Part shown: in pieces, positions 57,628-64,000 of the stretch
Layout of the letters: each line of letters starts with the position of its first letter
Position numbering within the stretch: position 1 is the first letter of the stretch
NCBI GenBank assembly: GCA_964016885.1
Contig: OZ024743.1
Location: forward strand, 165,478,001 to 165,542,000
From: Eledone cirrhosa
Lineage: Eukaryota
Reading direction: 5' to 3'
Length of the DNA stretch: 64,000 bases
The notes under the pieces: generated by a model
Seen by the model: the letters and a program-made list of their open reading frames with translations, nothing else
What the model was told of the DNA's origin: nothing
Databases searched by the model: none
Program-made: the position numbers and the translations under genes

Positions 57628-60600
57628 TGTTTCTTTATTAGCCCAAAAGAAGGGGACAAATACAAAGGGGGAAGTTTACATACAGTAAAAACGTGTAAAA
57701 TATTATCACAAATGTAATTTAAAAATTAGTCGATTTTCCCCAATAGGGGGAGACATTTCATATGGGTAACACATAACCTCGAAAAAAAAATTTGCAACTC
57801 TCATCTCCAGGAGTACGAAGAGTTTGTACTCCTTTCCTCTCATTCTCTTTTTCCTCAACCTACAGGCTGATATAGAGAGAAGGCCCATTCACTCGGGCCA
57901 TTCTCGCCACTTTCACCCACCTTTCATAAAACTTGCTGGGGTACAGCACCTCTCTCTCCATCCTGATTCTTCTTCCAAAGTGGTATTTGAAAAAAAGAAT
58001 CAGTTGTTGGCCGGAGAGAAAGGTGTCTGACCTCAGCCCTTTCAACCTTGTCCACCATACAACATCTTTCGCCATAGATATCACACAAAGGAAAACCGCC
58101 TCTCCTTCGTTTTTGAAGGAGGGTGGCGGTTTGATCATGACAATGGCCTCGGTGGTCAACCGGATTGGTCCCACCCGCGACAATAGTCGTTCTACATAGT
58201 CCCACAGGTCGGTGACGCCCGGGCATTGTATGAATGCATGCGCGACGGTTTCTTCGTCTCGCACGCACCTCGGACAGATCTTTTTTGCAGGGTCCCTGCC
58301 CGGACACCCATGTCTGTAGAACTTGTATCGAACTGGTAGAGCTCCTCGGTAGCACTGCCAGGACAGAGACTTTTGGGAGTTGTCCATCGGTCCCGGGCGG
58401 AAGGTCCTACCGAACAGACTGGCCAGTTCGGCTTCCTCTACGCCCAGAGTTTCACCGAGCACGTCGTCGCACTTGCTGCGGATCAACCCTCTATAGAATG
58501 ACGAAGTGGAGTCTCCACTGATCGCCGGGTCCACCTGCCAGAGGGCTGTGAGCGCCTGAGCACATTCGATGTGCCAGTCGCCCATTTTCCTCGGTCTTTG
58601 CTTGACCCAGGACTGCAGCTCGGTCAGCGAGACGAGTCATGGGAAGGCTCGCCTCACGAACGGGGCCCACGCCGGTTGTCCGGTGAGGAATACGTAGAGA
58701 TGCCGCAGCCTGAGCGCGTGTTTGTGCATCGTCAGCCACGGATCCCCAGCCCTCCGTTGGAAGGGCGTTGGCAGCAGATGGATCTTCTCACCAAAGGAGC
58801 CCGCCTCTTCCAAAGGAATTGGAAGAGCGCGCGCACCATTTTGGCGAGCGTTTTGGCTGGACAAGGCACGACGGTCAAGCGGTCGTAGATGGCGGACGCT
58901 ATAAAACTGTTTGCCACCTCCGCTCGACCTTTCAAAGATAGTTTGCACTCGGCCCACTTCTGGGTGAGTGCAAACACCTTGGCCGACACCTCGTTCCAGT
59001 TCTTCTCCACCTGGAGGTCTGGACCAAACCAGACCCCGAGCAGCTTTACTGGCCCTTCCTTCCAGCGTCCGACGACGCCATCGGAAGGCATCGCTTTGCC
59101 TCTCCACGATCCGAATTGCAAACCGATGGACTTGTCCCGGTTCAACTTCGCTCCTGTGAACCTTTCGTATTCCTTCAGTAAGGTGCCAACTTCCTCGATT
59201 TGCGAGGCACTCGACACCATTACTGTAACGTCGTCGGCGTAGGCCGACGCCGCTTTCCGCAGTCCCGGTTCCAGAGGGATGCCCTGCAATAGCTCCAACT
59301 TCCGCAGTAGTGGATCGAGAGTCAATACGTACAAAATGGAGGAGAGAGGGCATCCCTGTCGAATGGATCGCGTGATATGGAACGGCTCCGAGAGGTAGCC
59401 GTTCACCTTAACCCTTGAGCAGATGTTGCTGTTATGCATTGCAGCAATCCAGCCCCTGAACACGGGTCCGAAGCCTGCCGCCTCGAGCACCGCATCCAGG
59501 TAACGATGGTCAAACCTATCGAAAGCCTTAGACTAATCCAAGTTGATCAGAGCCCCACCGAAGCTGGGTTTACACCCTACCCTCTCTATGATGTATCGCA
59601 TGAGGTGGAGGTTGTCGTGTATGGACCTGGTCGGGATTGCGCATGTCTGCGCTTCTCCCACCAGGTTCTCGACGACAAGCGCCAGCCTCTTTGCCAACAC
59701 CTTGGCCAAAATCTGTAATTCTGTGTTTAGCAGAGTTATGGGCCGGAAGTTGCCTATCTCATCCCCCTTATTCTCGTCCTTCCTGACTAGTGTGACTACG
59801 CCCCCGGTCACAGAACTGGGAATTCTCCCGTTCTGTTGCCAGTTGCAGTAGACCGCTTCCAGGAGACCGGAGCATAAGTCCGGCATTGCTACGTAAAATT
59901 CGTAGGGTAGACCGTCGAGACCTGGAGATTTGCGTTTGCCGCATTGGCTCAGCGCATCCGCTATCTCAACGGCTGAGTCGCGGTAGGCCGTCGAGGTATG
60001 GACCGAAATCCATAGCCCCTCCCGGCGCGCCGCCCTGCCCGAACAGCTGAGCAAAGTGCCGCTAAAAGGCCGCACACATCTGCTTCAGCTCACGTATCAC
60101 GCATCCGTTTTGGTCCTACAAAGACCGAATCGTGGACTTGGTGCCACTTTTTGCCTCCGTCACTCGGGCCCAACTAACAGCTTTGGCTCCCTCGTTTCCC
60201 AGAGCACGTATTTTGCTTCTGACAACGCAGCCCTCATGCTTTGCGTCGAAGAAAAGGCCGTTCTCGTTGCTAGCACGCTGGCTACGTTGCCACTTCTAAT
60301 TGCCTCTTCTACTTTATCTACCAGTTCTTTCTCGGTTCTATTTCTATCTAACGCTAATCTTTACTAAAAACTAACGAGTCTAATCTAACTTCCCTCTTGA
60401 GAGAGTACCACCATCTGTTGTTGACAATGGCCCCTGTCAAGTGCTAATCCGTCTACTGTAGGCTTTGCATGTCGGTAACGACAAGTTCAGCTTCCAGTAG
60501 CCGGGTCCTTGTCTATGGGTTCTATCAAGGTTGACCATGCAGGTCACTAGTTTGTGATCTGAATAGGCAACCATGAACATTTGTGGACAGCTTAACATGT

Positions 60601-63362
60601 CTCTATCCTAATTTATAACTAGAACCCTATCTAGGTACGATCTAGATGTTCCGCTAAGATTAGTCCACGTCCACAGTGGCACAGTCGGAAAATCTAGTCG
60701 ATATCTATCGGCCAGGTCAAATCGGCCGATTAACTGTTTGAGGATGTTACACCCCGCTTTATCGGGACATGCTCCCACATAGTCCCAACGTGCATCTAGG
60801 ATTCCATTCCAGTCCCCCACTAAAAGCAAGGAGCGGGATCTTCCCAGAAAAGTCTCTAGACGTTTGAAGAAGTCTGGCCGCGGTGTCCCGGATGCGGCCA
60901 CCAGCCTGAAGGCTCCACCTTCACTACCGTCAACGTCTAGGACCACCAGTCGACCCTCCGGGTCCAGATGTACCGTCTGTGTTACGAGGCCCAGGTGTTT
61001 CCGCAGCAAAACGGCAACTCCGCCCCCACCACCCGGCTGAGAGAGAGATGCGTAGATCTCAAAGTCATCGAAGATGGGGGCCAGCTGTCGCTCGCTGTGG
61101 ATCCTGGACTCGCAAATGGCTACTACATCCATACTGTGCGACCTGAGGTCGTTTAAGAGTTTGCCCTGCTTCCAGGACATCCTCAGACCGCGTACATTCA
61201 CAGACCCAACTCTTATATTGGCCATGTTGGTTCTGAAAAGTTAAAAGAGGAGAAGAAAACACTCACCTCTTCGTCTCCCGGGGATCAGGCCGCACGGTTT
61301 CCATGGGGGTGTTAGAGGAGTTGTCTGGGTGGGTGGTGGTTTCCGGTGGGGTGGGGACGGAGATGTTTGGTGGGGTGGGGGTGTCTGGGGTGGGTGGGTG
61401 TGGGGTGAGGGTGGGGAAACTTTTTAAAAGGACGCGTTAATGGGTTTAACACAAGGATTACCCACGTGCTTAGGAAAGTTTTCCTTTAAAGACTTATAGG
61501 TGTCCGTAGGGACCCTAATCAACTTTAAATTAGGTTTGTCTACACAGTTCGAAAAAGTTTTCCCTTCGGTTTTCACCGAAGGGTCGTTGGAGATGACCTC
61601 CATTAAAGTTTTGTTTTTACTGTTTATGTATGTGTAATGTTCTTCTTGTGTTGTGGTGGTTTTTGTCTGTTGTTCTTGTGGGAGCTTTCGTTTTGTTGTA
61701 GGTGTTTGTGTTTGGAGTGATGTCGTGGTTTTGTTTTCGGGACGGGGGGGTTTTGTTTGTAATGTTTGTGTTGTTTGTGTTGGTGGTTGTATGTTTGTAG
61801 TGAAGTTTGTTGTGTTTTTGTTCTTGTGGTGTCTTTTCTTCTTTCTTTTCGAACGGAGAGGCTCTCCCTCATCATCACTTGGTGATGATGTGGGGGCCTC
61901 GTCCGTTGTGGTGTCTGTGTTATTTGGAAGGGGTATATTTTGGGGAGCTGTTGTGTTTGTGGGTGTTTTTGCAGTGGTTTTAGGTGGAGTGGGGTTGGGT
62001 GGGACTGTGCTTGCAGGTTAGTTTGTTGTTCTTGTTTTGGTTGTGTTTGCGTGTTGTTGTTGTTGTTGTTGTGGTGGTGGTGGTGGTGGTTGTGTTGTTG
62101 TTTTGGGTGTTGGCAGTAGTACCTCTTTTTTTTTTGTTAACTGAGGACAGTAAGCCTTCAGGTGACCACTGCTTAAACAGTGGTAACATGAAGACCGCCT
62201 ACTCTCAACAGAAATGTTTATGTGTGAAATTCCATCCAGAGGCACACGTTGGGGTATTTTAGCTATCCGTTCTGGCCTCATTTGGACCAGAACTTCCATG
62301 CTTGTACCATTGAATGTGCCTCTGGAGGACTTTCCCACCGAAATGATGGTGTCTTCGTCGAAATCGATGAAGCCAGTTAGAATCCACCAGACGTTTACAT
62401 TTGGTGCAATGTTCAAAATTTTTATTTTTTGAGTTCTTTTTCCCATATATGTGGGGAAAAAGGTGTAAAGGGGGGGGGGGGCACAATCGGCGATACAGAA
62501 TATTTTTGTGCTGTCAATTGGTCTTTCAACAACACCGAAATGCTTCCAAAAAGTTTCCCATTTTGGATGAAGGCAATATCCTTCATGGAATTCTTCAGAA
62601 CCAGTTCAATATCGTTTTGGGATAACTGAACTCGTTTTTTCGACACATTTGAAACCGTCCTAAAAATTACTGTTTTTAGAACAGTTTCTCTGCGTAACTG
62701 TTGAGGAGAAGTGATGCTGAAAGCACCACTCTCACCAAAAGTTACGTACTGTTTTGCATCGCTTAACATTTCCCTAGCATTGGAAATGTCAAGGTATGTG
62801 AACAGTTCCGTCTTTTGGACGGTTTGAGCAAAAGAAATCTTTTCCTTGTTCGTGGAGTTGTTCGTGTTGCTGTTGTTGTTGGTGGTGTTGTTGTTATCAT
62901 TGTTGCTGTTGTTGTTCTTATTGTCATTATTGTTGTTGTTGTTGTTGTTGTTCTGGTTGGTGTTGTTTATATTTTGCATGTTATTGGTGTTTGTGTTAGT
63001 GTTGATGTTACAATCAACGTCCGACATCGTGTTCCCAAAACTGACGACATTTTCGATGTCTTTCAATGAGGTGGTGAGAGGAGGTGACTGCGAGCTTAAC
63101 ACTCTTACCGCATCTCCACCACTTCTAGTTATGAACGCAGCGTTCATGACTGAATGCAAGGTTTGTTTACACTTTTTTTTTCACCGGCGAAATTTTTTTC
63201 AAAACGAAAATTTCACCCCAGAGTGGGGTGAAGATGACTTGACCCACCGTCTGAAAGTCCAGACGTGGGTCAAGCTATAAAATAGTAATAAATTTAACAA
63301 TACATTTTTTATCTCTTACTTAGAAAATCAACAAAAACTTACCAGCGAACTGGCACACGTCT
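57628..63362 (-). mobile_element. Near-full-length Tx1-clade LINE in (GATA)n, degenerate
   Basis: ORF1 fragments (CYHCLSSGHLKAYC) and ORF2 from 61225 (APE, RT YADD, C-terminus) are present. (GATA)n arrays lie at 57595-57627 and 63364-63478. Confidence 0.95.
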
Positions 63363-63363
63363 C

Positions 63364-63478
<115 letters not shown>

Positions 63479-64000
63479 CATAAAACAGACAAAAATAAAA
63501 CAAAAACAGTAAGTAATCATATACAGAGAGTTCATGGTAAAGATCAGATGTTGTTGTTGTCTACTTGTTTTGGATGGATATTCCGGCTGGGCGTGGCATG
63601 TCAGAGTTGACGGGGTTGGATGCTGATTGGTTGAAAATGTTTTGTTGTATTGACCAATGAAACTTGTTGACATGCACTTGTCATTGATTTCTATGGTTGC
63701 GAAAGGGTGTTAATAGATTTATAGATAAGGAATTGCCATTGTTTTATGGCCATTCCGATAAGACTTAGTTTAATGTTTTTTCAGTGGCGTCAAAGTGTAC
63801 ATGGAAGGTATAATAAGGAAGTGAAAGAGTCTAGGAGATAAGGTTTATATATGTCTGAGTAGAATGGTAGATGGATTGAATCTTGGGCTATCCCAGGTGG
63901 TAGTAGGAGAATGTATTTGCAATTTTATGTCTACAGTTGAAGACACATTCGATCCTGCTATTTTATAGTTCAACCCCCATAATTATGTAATATAACTCAA

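Overview
Repeat-rich, AT-rich animal genomic DNA, most likely a coleoid cephalopod such as Octopus. This is an inference from the SINE families and the very dense (TA)n/(CA)n/(GA)n/(GATA)n microsatellites. Most ORF-track entries are microsatellite artefacts. One host gene, not assembled in the ORF track, can be built by hand on the minus strand from four coding exons (35060-35024, 25747-25642, 24964-24810, 7905-7835). It encodes a 122-aa protein with a signal peptide, a six-Cys RGM-N/neuritin-like domain and a GPI-type tail. The rest is mobile DNA: six or more Tx1-clade LINEs, some sitting in (GATA)n or (ATT)n repeats, plus R4/Dong, RTE and CRE fragments, Penelope-like elements (PLEs), SINEs, Helitron ends and a DNA-transposon remnant. 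The main hidden signal is about 16 hammerhead-ribozyme (HHR) motifs. Several have canonical cores and sit in ~310-490 bp non-coding, terminally redundant monomers that look like retrozymes, with covarying stems between copies. Others sit in short head-to-head palindromes embedded in (TA)n. All structures were folded by eye and no database searches were run.
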